64,000 nucleotides of DNA from the human T2T-CHM13v2.0 reference genome, Homo sapiens: the NCBI RefSeq assembly GCF_009914755.1, contig NC_060933.1; one strand, 5' to 3'. A model generated the notes under the pieces. That model was not told where the DNA came from. It did not search any database and was given only the letters and a program-made list of their open reading frames with translations. Positions 1-12,895 of this stretch are shown here, in pieces; the first letter of the stretch is position 1, and each line of letters begins with the position of its first letter. The position numbers and the translations under genes were made by a program.

Positions 1-333
1 TGTGTTCCTTCAAAATTCATAGGTTGAAACTCAATTCCTACTGTGATGGAATTAAAAGAGGGCCTTTGGGAGGTGACTAGGTTATGAGGGTGGAGCCCTC
101 ATGAATGGGATTAGTGCCCTTATAAAAGAGGCCCTAGAAAGCTTGTCTCCCCCTCTCGCCGTGTGAAGACACAGCAAGAAGGTGCCACCTATGAGGAATG
201 GGTCATCACCAGACACTGAATGTGCTGGTGCCTTGATCTTGAGCTTCCTAGTCTCTAGAACTATGAGGAATAAATTTGTTTATAAATCACTAGTTTATGA
301 TTTTTGTTGTAGTAGGCTGAATGGACTAATACA
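1..333 (+). mobile_element. MaLR solo LTR (MLT1A/MSTC-D group), 5' end outside window
   Basis: Motifs ggtggagccctcatgaatgggattagtgcccttataaaagag and gctggtgccttgatcttg; typical terminus atggactaataca at 321-333. Confidence 0.85.
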
Positions 334-429
334 TTAGATACATAGACAGGAATTTATGTATTCTACTCAGAGCCCAGCTATAATTGAAATCTTGAATGTG
401 TAAAGATTTTGTTTTCAAGATTTTGGTCA

Positions 430-1150
430 GCAGAGTGGGCAAAAGTACAAAGAAGAAAAATGGGCTTTAGGGGAGAATCCTTGCCTTTGCCAGTTTTCAC
501 AAGACATCTCTATTCCTCAGCTTGGACTTCATTCCTTTATTTTCAAAGCCAGCACTATGGCATCTCTCTGATCCTTATTCCAAAGTCACATCTATCTTCT
601 TCTCTCTACAATAGCTCTGAAAGTTTTTGTTGTTGTTGGGTTTTTTTCTTTGGTTTTGGTTTTGCTTTTGCTTTTTTTTTTTTTTTTTCAAGACAAGTTC
701 TGGCTCTATCACCAAGGCTGGAGTGTGGTGGCCACGATCTTGGCTCACTACAACTACAACCTCTGCCTCCCAAGCTCAAGTGATCCTCCTGCTTCAGCCT
801 CCTGAGTAGCTGGGACTACAGGTGCATGCAACCATGCCTGGCTAATTTTTGAATTTTTTGTGGAGACAGTGTTTCCCCATGTTCCCCAGGCTTGTCTCAA
901 ACTCATGAGCTCAAGTGATCTGCCTGCCTCGTCCTCCCAAAGTGCTGGGATTATAGGCTAAGCCATTGTGCCTGGCTGCTTCTCCATTTTTAAGAACTGA
1001 TATTGGTTCCACCAGGATAATTTCCCAATCTCAAGGTCCATGCCCTTACCCATATCGAGAAAATTCAATTTGCCATGTAAAGTAACATACTCACAGTTTC
1101 TGGCAATTGGAGTGTGGACATCATTGGAGAGGGGAGGCATTAGTCTACCG
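430..1150 (-). mobile_element. MLT1D-like MaLR LTR split by an Alu
   Basis: gggagaatccttgccttt...ttcaaagccagca before the Alu and tttgccatgtaaagtaacatactcacagtttctgg after it; resembles the MLT1D copy at 54230-54742. Confidence 0.65.
624..977 (-). mobile_element. AluJ (Jb-like) with degenerate T-rich tail
   Basis: Full dimeric Alu, antisense; gctcaagtgatcctcc J-type diagnostics. Confidence 0.9.
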
Positions 1151-2363
1151 CACTCATCATTTCTTCATCATTTGTTATAGGTGGATCTCTGATAAATGAC
1201 ATAGATTATCAAGATATTTTTCAAACCCAAATGTGAGAGTCTTCTTCTTTTAATAGGTGTCTTCATTTATTTTACATTGATAAGATGTTGGATCTTATAG
1301 CTGTCATTTTTTTAGGTTTTCTTCTCTTCAAACAAGTTTATAAACAAAGCAGTATCTAATAAATACAGTGGAATATATTCTTAAGTGTCTTGTGATTCCC
1401 AATAATGTGGTTGTTGCGGTCAAGTTTCTCTTCCTTTTTTTAAGTGTAGGTAAGACAATCGGATAACATATCAATATACTATTCCCTAGTGTACAGGAGA
1501 ATATTTTTCTGTTACCGTCACATGTGTGCCTATGTGACTGGTTGGAAATTCTTATATTGTAATTTTTTCCCCAACACTTGGTACAGATTACTTCATTGTA
1601 TTCTGGCTTCTGTTGAAAATATCATGAAGATACACCCCAAACCTACCTGATTTTTATATTAGATTTGACATGTTTCTCTTACTCAGAGGCTTGTATAATT
1701 GTCTTTAAAATCCAATACTTCTTTCAAAATAAATACCCACTTGATAGCTTTTCATTATGGGGACCTGTCACAAATAATTTTACATGTTGATATTCCTTCA
1801 TAATCGTTTTGTCCCTAAAATTTTAGTTTCTCTGATATATTTGTTTGATTCATTTAATTATACTAGTAAACATGAGTTGTATATAAATAATACATTTTAT
1901 ATAACTTTTATCTCTTTTTCTCTGTATTCTGAAATATTTATTTTTAACTGTGTTTCACATCAATTTGTTTTATTTTCAGCAATTTCAATTTTGCATTATA
2001 CTGCTCCTCAATTCATTTTAGGTTCTATAATTATATTCTCTGTTCTCTTAAATTCATTCCTTAGCCACGCTAGAAACTTTTTCATCTCACTCTATTTTAT
2101 TATCAGTATATTTCTATTTCTTACAGATTTATGTTTTAATTTCCTGAAGAATATAAGTTGATACTGCCTCAGATCTTTTGGTGATAGTCTATTTCCTGAA
2201 GTCAATTATTCAACATATGCTTTTAAAGCCACCTTTTGCTTGTTTTTGAAGATACTATGTTGTTTATTAATTTATGGCCTATCAGTAGCTTAAGCCAACA
2301 AGTGAACTGTTTTATATTCTTTCATCAACCACTGCTCAACATATCATTGAAGACAAAAAGACT

Positions 2364-2602
<239 letters not shown>

Positions 2603-4320
2603 AAAAGACTCTAGTTTTTAGTTACTAAGTTGAGAAGACTTACCAAAAGGAAGCCAAAATAAGAAGAAATAAAATAACTTAGGAACTAATTTTCACCTCC
2701 TGCTTAAATTAAGATGAAGAGGTGGTTAAATAGGAATAGACGGTGGGAGTAGGGTATGAAAAAGAAATGAGAGTTAATAGTACTAAAATTTTCAGGGGTG
2801 GGGAAGTAGGCTAACACGGACTGGTTTGAGAAAGCAGGCTTTAGTTCTCCCCTTAAAGTTTTGGCTGCCAGGGACAGAGAAGTCATGAAAAGGAGTAAAC
2901 CTAAATGGAACTAATTGGGGAATCAGATTCAAGTTATAGTCAATTCTAGATAAGTTAATATTTTTGCACGTCAAGTATTTGATTATGAAATATTATACAG
3001 CTAGGTTTATTTCATGTATTCTGATTCAGATATTTTGTATAACTTTGTGATTTTGTTTTATAGTTATTCATGTTTAAATGAGACCAAACCTAAAGAAGCA
3101 GTCTAGTGTTTCTCTCTTTCCCCAAAATTAGTGTAAGTGAATTATTCTTGTAGCCCCTCCTGTGTTTTATGTAAAATAATTTATTTAAGACATAGGTTCT
3201 ATATTACATGTATAAGCATGCAGTAGTCTAAAATAAGTTGGGTAGTTTCAGTCAAAAAAATTGGAGGTATTTTTTAGTTATATTTGTTTTGTTGTATATT
3301 GTGACTATTTTGATTTTGGAAGGGTTGCAGTGATTGGTAAATGTCCTTTAGTAGATGAGGGTTCTTCTGATTCTGAATTTCTCATTTGCACTAGAATTAA
3401 ATGACAACATTGCTGAGGAATCAGAGTAGAAAAAGTACAGTCTGCATATATTGTCACCTTTTATATTTTAACTGCTTTTGCTGGTGCTGAACTTCACTAG
3501 AGCAATGGCTTCTTATAGGGTATTTACCATCTTTTCCATGATCCAATCTTGCCTCTATATTCCTTCTACCACCAGAGAGGGGTTTATCTCTTATTAGAAT
3601 AATCTCACATTACTATTAAGAAACAGAGTCAAAGAAAGAATTAGCCACACAGTTTGTCTCCTAGCCATGACAGTACAGCGCTCAGTTCTTGAAATTAGTG
3701 TATATTTCAGGGGTTTTCTGAAAAGTCTTCTTGTACTTTCCTGCAGCACTGCACTGCTGCCTCAGGATGGGAATTTGTGCATTTTCTTCCCGTGCCATCT
3801 TTGATTTGGCTCAGTCTGAATTGTCTGGAGCACATGCTTGGCACTGTTTCATAATGTCAGCCTTGGTAAAGGTTTGTATTTTTCCTGCTCTCATTTCTTT
3901 TTAGTTGTTTTGATCAATTTCTTCTATGTCATCTATTACACCATGATAATTCTCAGAATTCTCTACTGCATGTTTTCTTATCTTTAAAATATTTATATAG
4001 CCTACTAAGACAGGTCTGGGAAAACAAACAAGCCTACAGGAAAGAGACCGGCAAGCTGCCATAGCAATAGCATCTGGCAGTAGCAGCCAGGTGGGCTTAC
4101 AATGCTCTGGTAGAGAACATATCAATATAAACTTCACAAAAGTGAGAGCACAGTGGCTTCCTCAGCCTGCACCTATGGCCGAATCCCTAAGCTGCTGCAG
4201 TGTCCTGATGACTATAAGGCAGAAGGTGCTGTTTGACCTGAAACAGTTGTATTTAACACATTACCACATACATGGACTGCAGGAGCAAGGGACATACTAG
4301 TGTTCAGGAAAAAAGGCCAA

Positions 4321-4414
4321 GCACACCAACATGACACATGCATACATATGTAACAAACCTGCACGTTGTGCACATGTACCCTAGAACTTAAAGTATAATT
4401 ATTTATATATATAA
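4321..4414 (+). mobile_element. Very short L1PA 3' end insertion
   Basis: gcacaccaacatg...cctgcacgttgtgcacatgtaccctagaacttaaagtataat; imperfect TSD aggaaaaaaggccaagca (4306-4323) / aggaaaaaaaaatccaagca (4415-4434). Confidence 0.88.
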
Positions 4415-4470
4415 AGGAAAAAAAAATCCAAGCATGGAGAAATGTAGTAAACCTTGGGTAAAGTAATTTT

Positions 4471-5290
4471 ATTTATTTATTTTTTTTATTATACTTTAAG
4501 TTTTAGGGTACATGTGCACTTCGTGCAGGTTAGTTACATATGTATACATGTGCCATGTTGGTGTGCAGCACCCATCAACTCGTCATTTGACATTAGGTAT
4601 ATCTCCTAATGCTATCCCTCCCCTCTCTCCCCACACCACAGCAGGTCCCGGTGTGTGATGTTCCCCTTCCGGTGTCCATGTGTTCTCATTGTTCAATTCC
4701 CACCTGTGAGTGAGAACATGCGGCGTTTGGTTTTTTGTCCTTGCGATAGTTTGCTGAGAATGATGGTTTCCAGCTTCATCCATGTCCCTACAAAGGACAT
4801 GAACTCATCCTTTTTTATGGCTGCATAGTATTCCATGGTGTATATGTGCCACATTTTCTTAATCCAGTCTTTCACTGATGGACATTTGGGTTGGTTCCAA
4901 GTCTTTGCTATTGTGAATAGTGCCGCAATAAACATACGTGTGCATGTGTCTTTATAGCAGCATGATTTATAATCCTTTGGGTATATACCCAGTAATGGGA
5001 TGGCTGAGTCAAATGGTATTTCTAGTTCTAGATCCTTGAGGAATCGCCACACTGACTTCCACAGTGGTTGAACTAGTTTACAGTCCCACCAACAGTGTAA
5101 AAGTGTTCCTATTTCTCCACATCCTCTCCAGCACCTGTTGTTTCCTGACTTGTTAATGATTGCCATTCTAACTGGTGTGAGATGGTATCTCACTGCAGTT
5201 TTGATTTGCATTTCTCTGATGGCCAGTGATGATGAGCATTTTTTCATGTGTCTTTTGTCTGCATAAATGTCTTCTTTTGAGAAGTGTCTG
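4471..5290 (-). mobile_element. 5'-truncated L1PA (PA3/PA4-like): ORF2 C-terminus and 3'UTR
   Basis: ORF 4693-5352 matches the L1 ORF2p C-terminus ([19 protein letters not shown]); TSD tgggt[a/g]aagtaatttt at 4455-4470 and 5289-5304; TTTT/AA endonuclease site. Confidence 0.95.
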
Positions 5291-6144
5291 GGTGAAGTAA
5301 TTTTAAAGCTGCAGGGGCAATCCGGAGCAATAAACTTGAGTTCCCTAATCATTTACCATCTTGCTATAATCACCTTTGCAGTGATCTATGGTGATAAATC
5401 AGGAAAGCTAGCTAAGGCAGCTACTCCTGGGGAAGACAAGATTAATACCAGAGCTTTGCAAGTAAGTGTACCCATTCATAGAATGAAAACATCCTTCCAC
5501 ACTGGAAAATAATGGACATTCAAGAAATTAGAGAACTATGCAAGTCTTGGTGTAGAACAACTAGTTGACATTACTAGAAAAAAAAAAAACTTTTTTTTAA
5601 GGGAGAAAAGCATATTCAATCTTTGGATTCACCGTTCTGGAGAAGATGGTGTCTCTTTAGCCCTGGAAAGAGTGACAAAAAAGCTCCAAAGTGAAATCAT
5701 TAAAATGTTAGCTTTATCTGCAAATCAGATTTTATGCAGCTCTGAATATAATTCCAGTGTATATATATACATTATTGAACGCTTTTTGCCATGATATTAG
5801 CTACTGCAATAGACTTTACCATATAGGGGAATAGAGTACAAAATGGTCTTGGTTTTCCTATATAAAGTAAACTATAAAATTAAATTATGATCATAGAACC
5901 TTGTTAGTTTATTCAGTTGAACCTAGCAAGGAACTTGTCTTAATTTACTCATAAAAATGGATAAATACTTATTAAGTATTTGCTTTACTCTAAGAACTCT
6001 TTTAGGAGTTTGGGATATAGAGTTGAATAAGAAATTGCTATAGTATATGTAGGTAACTGTCATAAGCTAATAATTACAAGTGAAGTAATAACTAACTGGG
6101 TCAGGCTGTTACAGAAGGCCTTGTAGAGATGACATATGGGCTGG

Positions 6145-6750
6145 TATAGTAAATTCTTACAATTTTATGTTGCCTTGGCATCCATTTTAAATGTAACTTT
6201 AACTTTTTCATACCAGAAGCAGGGCTCAGTCACCTTGACTGTCTCTAGCTCTTCGCCTTCTCCCAGTTCCTCAGTGCGGTCAGTCCAGGTATCTGCCATA
6301 TACAACTTCCTACAACCTACTTGACTGGTCCTGCTGACCCCCACACACCACATGGATTGTACGTATATGCCACAGCGACCTCCTCTCAGTCACAACATGA
6401 CTTCCTGGAACCCGTGCCTGCTTGCATTAAACCCACCAATCAAAATTCCCCATAGGAAACCTGTTTGGATAAAGTCCTAGATGCCAATAAAGGCATTAAC
6501 CTATAAATTCTTTCTCTCCTGGTACTGGCTAACCTCTGTGTGTCCTTCAGGCATGCCATGTACCCACAGGGTTTGTAAGTAATGAAATATTTCTTTTCAT
6601 CTTGTGTCTCTTGTAATAATTTAAGGAGTGTTTTCCCTCTTAAAGATCCTATTAGGTTGGTCCAAAAGTAATCGCGGTTTTTGCCATTATTTTCAATTAA
6701 AATAACCTTTTAATTAATAACTTTTGTACCAACCTAAATAAATTAAAACA
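6145..6750 (+). mobile_element. ERVL solo LTR, MER74/MER73 group
   Basis: Start tatagtaaattcttacaattttatgttgccttggcatccatttt, end aattaaaaca; perfect 5-bp TSD gctgg at 6140-6144 and 6751-6755. Confidence 0.8.
6652..6737. mobile_element. MADE1 (Hsmar1-derived MITE) nested in the LTR
   Basis: TIRs ttaggttggtccaaaagtaatcgcggtttttgcc ... acttttgtaccaacctaa; inserted at TA. Confidence 0.92.
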
Positions 6751-6934
6751 GCTGGGTATAGGAGGGTAATTTGTAGTTCATGGGCAGAAGGGTATTTCAG
6801 GATTGTGGACAGAAGGAATAAAATTAGCTAAGGAAAGATATATAAAAGATTACGCTGAGCTCAGTGAACAGTAAATCCTCCAATGATACCAAAGTGTGGA
6901 GTACATGAGGACAAGTGCTATGAAATTAAAGTGA

Positions 6935-7292
<358 letters not shown>

Positions 7293-8179
7293 TGAGATTA
7301 ACTTTAGAAATGAAATTTATCTAATTTCAATCTGTAAGCACATACTAAAACATTTTATCAGTAAAGTTGTATTTATTAAAATATTTTTGTTTTCCACTTT
7401 CAAAAAAATCACATTCCTTCTTCATATTTAATTAAAGAATTTTCAAAACTGGTTAATTAAACTATACACAGAGACAAATCTGAAACGTACATGTCATTGA
7501 TATTTTAAAAGGTTTCACCATTTTAATTTGATGTTACTGCTTGTTGATTCCTATTTGTAGTAGAGTATTTCAGAGTCTCCATTTATGATTAAGTGTTTTT
7601 GTTAAGTATAGTTGGGGGTGGGTACAGGAGAGATTCATTTGTCTTCTGAAATCAAAACACAGAGAGTTTTATTCTTTTGGATTGATTAGTCAAAATTTGA
7701 AAGCCATACCAATAGTCTCATAGATAATCTCATCAGATGGACTCCCTGAAGACAAGCCCCTTAGAAATAGTGTGTTTTCAGGTTTGCTACTCATCTTTAT
7801 AAATAATTTTACACTAAGTAAATTTGATTTTTATTTTTTCCGCAAATAGTTTTTCAAATTACAAGAATTAATTAAGACATAATTATTATAACAATGCAAA
7901 AAGTTACACTAAGCAAGACAATGCTCCCATCTACCTGCTTTTAATTCTACCTTCTGTGATAATCAATATCCACAGTTGACATCTACTCAGTGTTTAATAA
8001 TTTTTCAATTGTTTCAGAAATATTAAAGTCTTGAAACTGAAAATATTGAAGTGTTGAAAACAATAGATAAAAACTACCTACTTACAAAAAAAAAAGGGAG
8101 AAGAAAGAAAAGCTGAAAAGTGGATCTGAGCTTGCTCACCTGATCTTTCATCTTATATAAATAGCAGAAGTTTTAAAAG

Positions 8180-8865
8180 TGTGTTCTGAGCAATAAATTA
8201 CCTTTATTAGGGAATATATTATCATTTCTCTCCCCTCCTCCCCTTATAAGAGGGTGAAGAGCTGCTTCTTCCCTATCCCAAAAGGCCAAGTGGGGTGGGA
8301 GGGGCTCCAAGAAAGACTAAGAGTTCCTGCAAGCAGGGGAGCTTGGCTTAATGTCCCCACAGGCCACAGAAACACTTAGGCCCCCTCCCTCATTACAGAG
8401 AAAGCTCAGTCAAAGCCCTTGGATGAGCAAGGCATGCAACCTCTGGAATTCGAAGACCTTCAGCTCCTGAACATCAAGAAGTTGCCTCTGTCCCTCCTGG
8501 GAATTCTTCTGGCAAAGCCTGGCTGAGGCAGCTACAACATGGCAGGATGAGGAAAGAGGACCATAGTGAAAGTAACCAGTCTTCCAATCCTTGGGAATTT
8601 ACATGGACCCAGTGGCCTCTGAGAAAGGGAGACTAATTTCAGCTGTCTTTATAGCATCCATCCAGGAGGGATTCTTACTGACATGGGAGCACCAGAGGTA
8701 AGAAGATGTAGATTTGCCATCAAGAGCAGAAGCTGGTACAAGGTTTGAAGGGAGGTCACAAAAGAACACCCAGCGATTGCTTCACCTGTGTCAGAGAACT
8801 GTGCTGTGCTGAGGCAGCTGTAGAACTTTCGAAGAACATACACAGCTGTGATCAATGCAAAACTG
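8180..8865. other. GC-richer segment, possibly an ancient Gypsy-like LTR (MamGypLTR/LTR81/LTR85 type) or an old retrocopy
   Basis: Sharp compositional change; TG start; G-rich tracts; no firm family match by eye. Confidence 0.3.
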
Positions 8866-8869
8866 TAGT

Positions 8870-9185
8870 CGAATCTCAGTAACACAATGTGAGTCAAAAA
8901 AGCAAGATTTCAAAGACTATATTCACATGAGTTCCTTTTATAAGGCTCAAAATTAGGCAAAACTATACAATATATTGATCAGCCATACACATGTCTGATA
9001 ATTCTTTTTAAAAATGCAAAATAATGGCAAGCATAAAATTTCACAAAGCTATAATCTCTAAAAGAGAAACAAGGAGGCAAAATAGAGGAAGGGTCACTTT
9101 AGGGAGAAGTAAATTAATAGTATTGTTTAAGATTTTGGATTGAGTAATGAGTTTAACAATATTTATTATAGTACTAAAAATAAGG
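8870..9185 (+). mobile_element. L1ME/L1MC 3' end fragment
   Basis: gaatctcagtaacacaatg...aaaaagcaag...ggcaaaactatacaatatattg resembles an old L1 3'UTR. Confidence 0.6.
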
Positions 9186-10129
9186 AAATGATCAAATAAA
9201 TAAAAAGAACTTTGCTCAGGCCAATTATGTCAAAATATCATAAAAAAGGATTATGATTAATCTATTTCTCTTCACCAGAGATCCATATTTTTAAAAGAGT
9301 CTCACTGTAATATCTGTGTCCTCCATTGCAGTATTTTAAAAAAATTATTAACAGTTGCCAATGCCTTTCATTATGTGTTATAGTAGTGTCAGTAAACTCT
9401 TATGTATCCATGCCAGATGTAGGTCGGAACTGTACATTAAGAGGTTCAGGCTGGGTGCACTGCCCTCCAGCTTCCCATCAGTCTGCCCTTGCCCTCAGCT
9501 CTTGCTGCTCCAAATAGGGTGGTAGATAGAATGTGCCCTCAGTTACTTGCCTTATATTAATTTTCTATTTGATGAATGAAATGCGTTAAATCACTCTTCC
9601 TTCAAGCCAATCCTGCCTCCTTTAAGCCTTCCAGAAAGTCCTTAAAACCTCTTCACTGGGTTCCAGACTGACACAGATGTCTTCCTATTTCTTTGATCAG
9701 CTATTCACATTCTGGAAGGTGGAGCAAGTTGAAGCCACAGGCTAAAATTGCCATATTTCTAGCAGAAGTCATCCCAATTCGATTTTATTAATTTTAACCT
9801 TTTCTTTTTTCATAAAGGATTAATTTAATAAATTCAAGAAGCAATTGTTATTGAATTCTTATTAGATAAAAGTAAAAAATATTCTATTCTCTTGTTTCTT
9901 TGAGTAAATCTACTCTAAAAAGCTTTCTAAACTAAAGATACAAAATACTCCTTTGATGTTACTGTTGCTGGCCTGTAAGTTAAGGAGGGTTAGCAGGCTC
10001 CCTGGGGTTTTTCTCCAGTCACTTGTATTGCTTTGGAGTGGGCAAGGGAAGCAGTGTGATTAGTCTGTTCCTTTTTTGCATTCAGTTTGAGCCAGGGTAC
10101 TTATCCATGAAAAAGATTTCAAATGCCAC

Positions 10130-10865
10130 TCACCTAGGGCCTTCAATCTAGTTGTTCCCTCTGGCTGGGATGTACTCCCAGTTATTTGTTTCCCTAACTC
10201 CCTCTCCTCCTTTCAATCATTGCTCCATTTTTACGTTTTCAATGAAACTTACCCTGATTTACCTGTTTGATACCATAAATTGCCTCACCCAAGACCACAA
10301 CATCCCTGAGTTTTGGTGGTTTTTTATTTTGTTTTATTTCAGGTTTGTTTTTTTGTTTTTTTTTTTGTTTGTTTGTTTGTTTTTTTTTTTTGCCATAGGA
10401 CCTAATAACTTTCTGTTACATTATTTACTTTTTTTTTTTTAAAGAGACAGGGTCTTGGTCTGTTGCCCAAGCTAGCATTATAGCTCACTGCAGCTCAAGC
10501 AAACCTACCGCCACAGCCTCCAGAATACCAAGGGACCACAGGCATGCATCACCATGCTTGACCACTTTTTTTTTTTCATTTTTTTTCAAAGACAACATCC
10601 CACTATGTTGCCCAGGCTGGTCTTGAACTTCTGGCCTCAAGCACTACTCCACCTCAGTCTTCCAGAGTGCTGGGATTATAGGTATAAGCCACCATGCCTG
10701 GCTACTTATTTTTATGTTTACTGTTTTTTTTTTTTTGACTCCTTCAACTAAAATATAAAGTCCAGGGGGGTGGAGATTTTCATCTTTTAATTCCGGATAT
10801 ATCCCAAGCACTTAGAAATATGCCAGGCCTCTAATAGTAATCTAATAAATTGGAATGGAGTAAAT
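10130..10865 (+). mobile_element. L2a 3' portion, interrupted by an Alu
   Basis: gttgttccctctggctgggatg, tatatcccaagcacttagaaatatgcc, terminal aataaattggaatggagtaaat. Confidence 0.65.
10429..10703 (-). mobile_element. AluJ with small internal deletions
   Basis: agagacagggtcttg...gcctcaagc...gtgctgggattataggtataagccaccatgcctggct. Confidence 0.88.
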
Positions 10866-12719
10866 ATGTGAAGTTTATAACATGTTCATGGCACTTTTCC
10901 CAACTTCTCCTGGTGCTTTTTTTCTTTTTAATATTTTATAGTGAATATTCATTTTAGTAGAACTCTGGAGTAGGAAAATTAGATACTCTTAATGGAAGAT
11001 TTTTCATTATCATTTTACCAAAATGAATTTGCATTGCCATCTTACCAAAATACCACAGAATTTTATTATTCCTATATAGACTTAAATAATCCACATGCCT
11101 GTTAAGTGTCTTCTTTTTTCATTGTCACCATACAAGTAAAGCAAATTAATTATTAGAATGGGAGATCATCTTGTTAGCCTGGCAACAGAATGATGTTAGT
11201 TGGATGATTTTAATTGCCTATAGCACCAAATACTGTTAGCCTGATATATCTGTCCTTCCTTAAAAGGAGAGATATGAGTAAACATTTGTGCTGGTTAATC
11301 AGGGAAACCTCTTATGGGCAGAATAATGCAAATATACTGTGGTTTTTCTGTTGTCTGCACCCTGCTTAACAAAGTTCTTGCACATCCTCACTGTGTTATC
11401 ACAAAGCCTGGCTTTGTAAAGATGACATTGCGCTCATGCATTCTAGGGTGTGCAGACAGTACACCCTTGATTAAATTTTTAGCATTTTCTAGTCTTTGAT
11501 AACAGGCAGCTTTATGTCATTTCTGCAGCAAGATGATCTCATCCATTGCATTTGCATTATCCCCAATTTTATTTTTAGAGGGTAATCTTAGCCTTCATTT
11601 GGAAAAGACATCGTGTCATTGCATTTGTATTTTGATAACATTTACCTATATGAAAGTCCTCATTTGAAGGTCAGATCACCTAAGTGTAAATAAGCACGAT
11701 AAACAAATTACCATTGAAAAATAACAAGGCATTTTGCTTTTTGAATGATACCACATTCGACTTCTATGAGAAGAATTTTATGATTTTATGTCCACCATAT
11801 AAGTTGGCAAATGTTTTATGAAGTCTTGATTCATTCGGTTATTCCAAATTCCATGCTATCTATTTGAATATCTGCATTAAGGAAAATTAAATTATAATGT
11901 TCATCACTTGGAGCAAATCATTAAATTTAAAAGATAAGAAATAATATGTATCAAACAAGATTTTATCTTAATATAATCTGTATCTGATATTGACCTAATA
12001 TTTTTCTGAGCAGATTAATTAGCAGTAATAGCTCTTAAACTTTCACTTTGTATAACCCAAGAGCTGTCCAAATTATTTTTAATCCTAGTTACTTAAAATT
12101 AGATAAATAAATCTCCCTGTATTTTAATATTTTTTCACACTATTTATTGCTTCCCATTTTGTTTATTCTAGCATCAGCTCTTAAATAATCTATAAGATGA
12201 CTTATAATTCAAATATATAAATGACAGAATATAAATTTAATAGGGTGAATCATGGGGTGCTACAACAACTGCAATTTCATGTGTAATATTATGCATCAAC
12301 TTTTTATGGATAGTGGGTTTAAAATAATACAAACCTGCAGTGACTAAGGAGATCATTTTGTTCTTCTTTAGAAAACTGAAATCCTCAAGGCCTTCTAAAG
12401 TCAGGACATTAAAAGTTTTCCAAATAGTTAAAAGGTAACTTGAGAAATTTAAAAAAAATCCATTATGAAATTGAATGGTAAGTTATGAAGTTGGGTGGCA
12501 AGATCTCTATATAAACCGGGAGAAATGATGGAAGCACAGTAGTTCTCCCAAACTGGAAATACATGAAAATAATCAAAGGTATTTAGCAAATTATTTTTGC
12601 AGTATCAACTGTGGACCTTAGTAACAACCTGAGATATAAAAAGTGCTATGAGCAATATTATCTGTACCTCAGTGAATAAGCTGACATCAAAGATGTTTCT
12701 AAGGTTTTGATCCCTTACT

Positions 12720-12895
12720 GAAAGCAATAAGCTTAACTGCTGTGCTGTGCTGTGCCATTGCTTTAGGTCAGAAGTTTGAACTTCCTGATTTCAGATATTC
12801 TAAGTGTGAAATCATTAACAAAAATATAGAAAGTTATTCTCATCATGTTATCAAACCTCATGAGAAATACTATGCACAAATATAAATGCTTCCTG
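12720..12895 (+). mobile_element. MIR remnant
   Basis: Degenerate MIR core-like sequence. Confidence 0.35.

Noticed and set aside
409-809. Phe-rich ORFs ending in LSPRLECSG-type peptides (also 2236, 7020, 10554, 18654, 45472, 46799, 51146-51841, 56880)
   Set aside because: Antisense Alu and poly(T) translation artefacts
1784-2161. 125-aa hydrophobic ORF resembling a membrane protein
   Set aside because: T-rich sequence, probably antisense ancient L1/HAL1; the hydrophobicity is compositional
4693-5352. 219-aa ORF as a chimeric gene
   Set aside because: L1 ORF2p C-terminus with chance read-in from flank; no promoter or splice support
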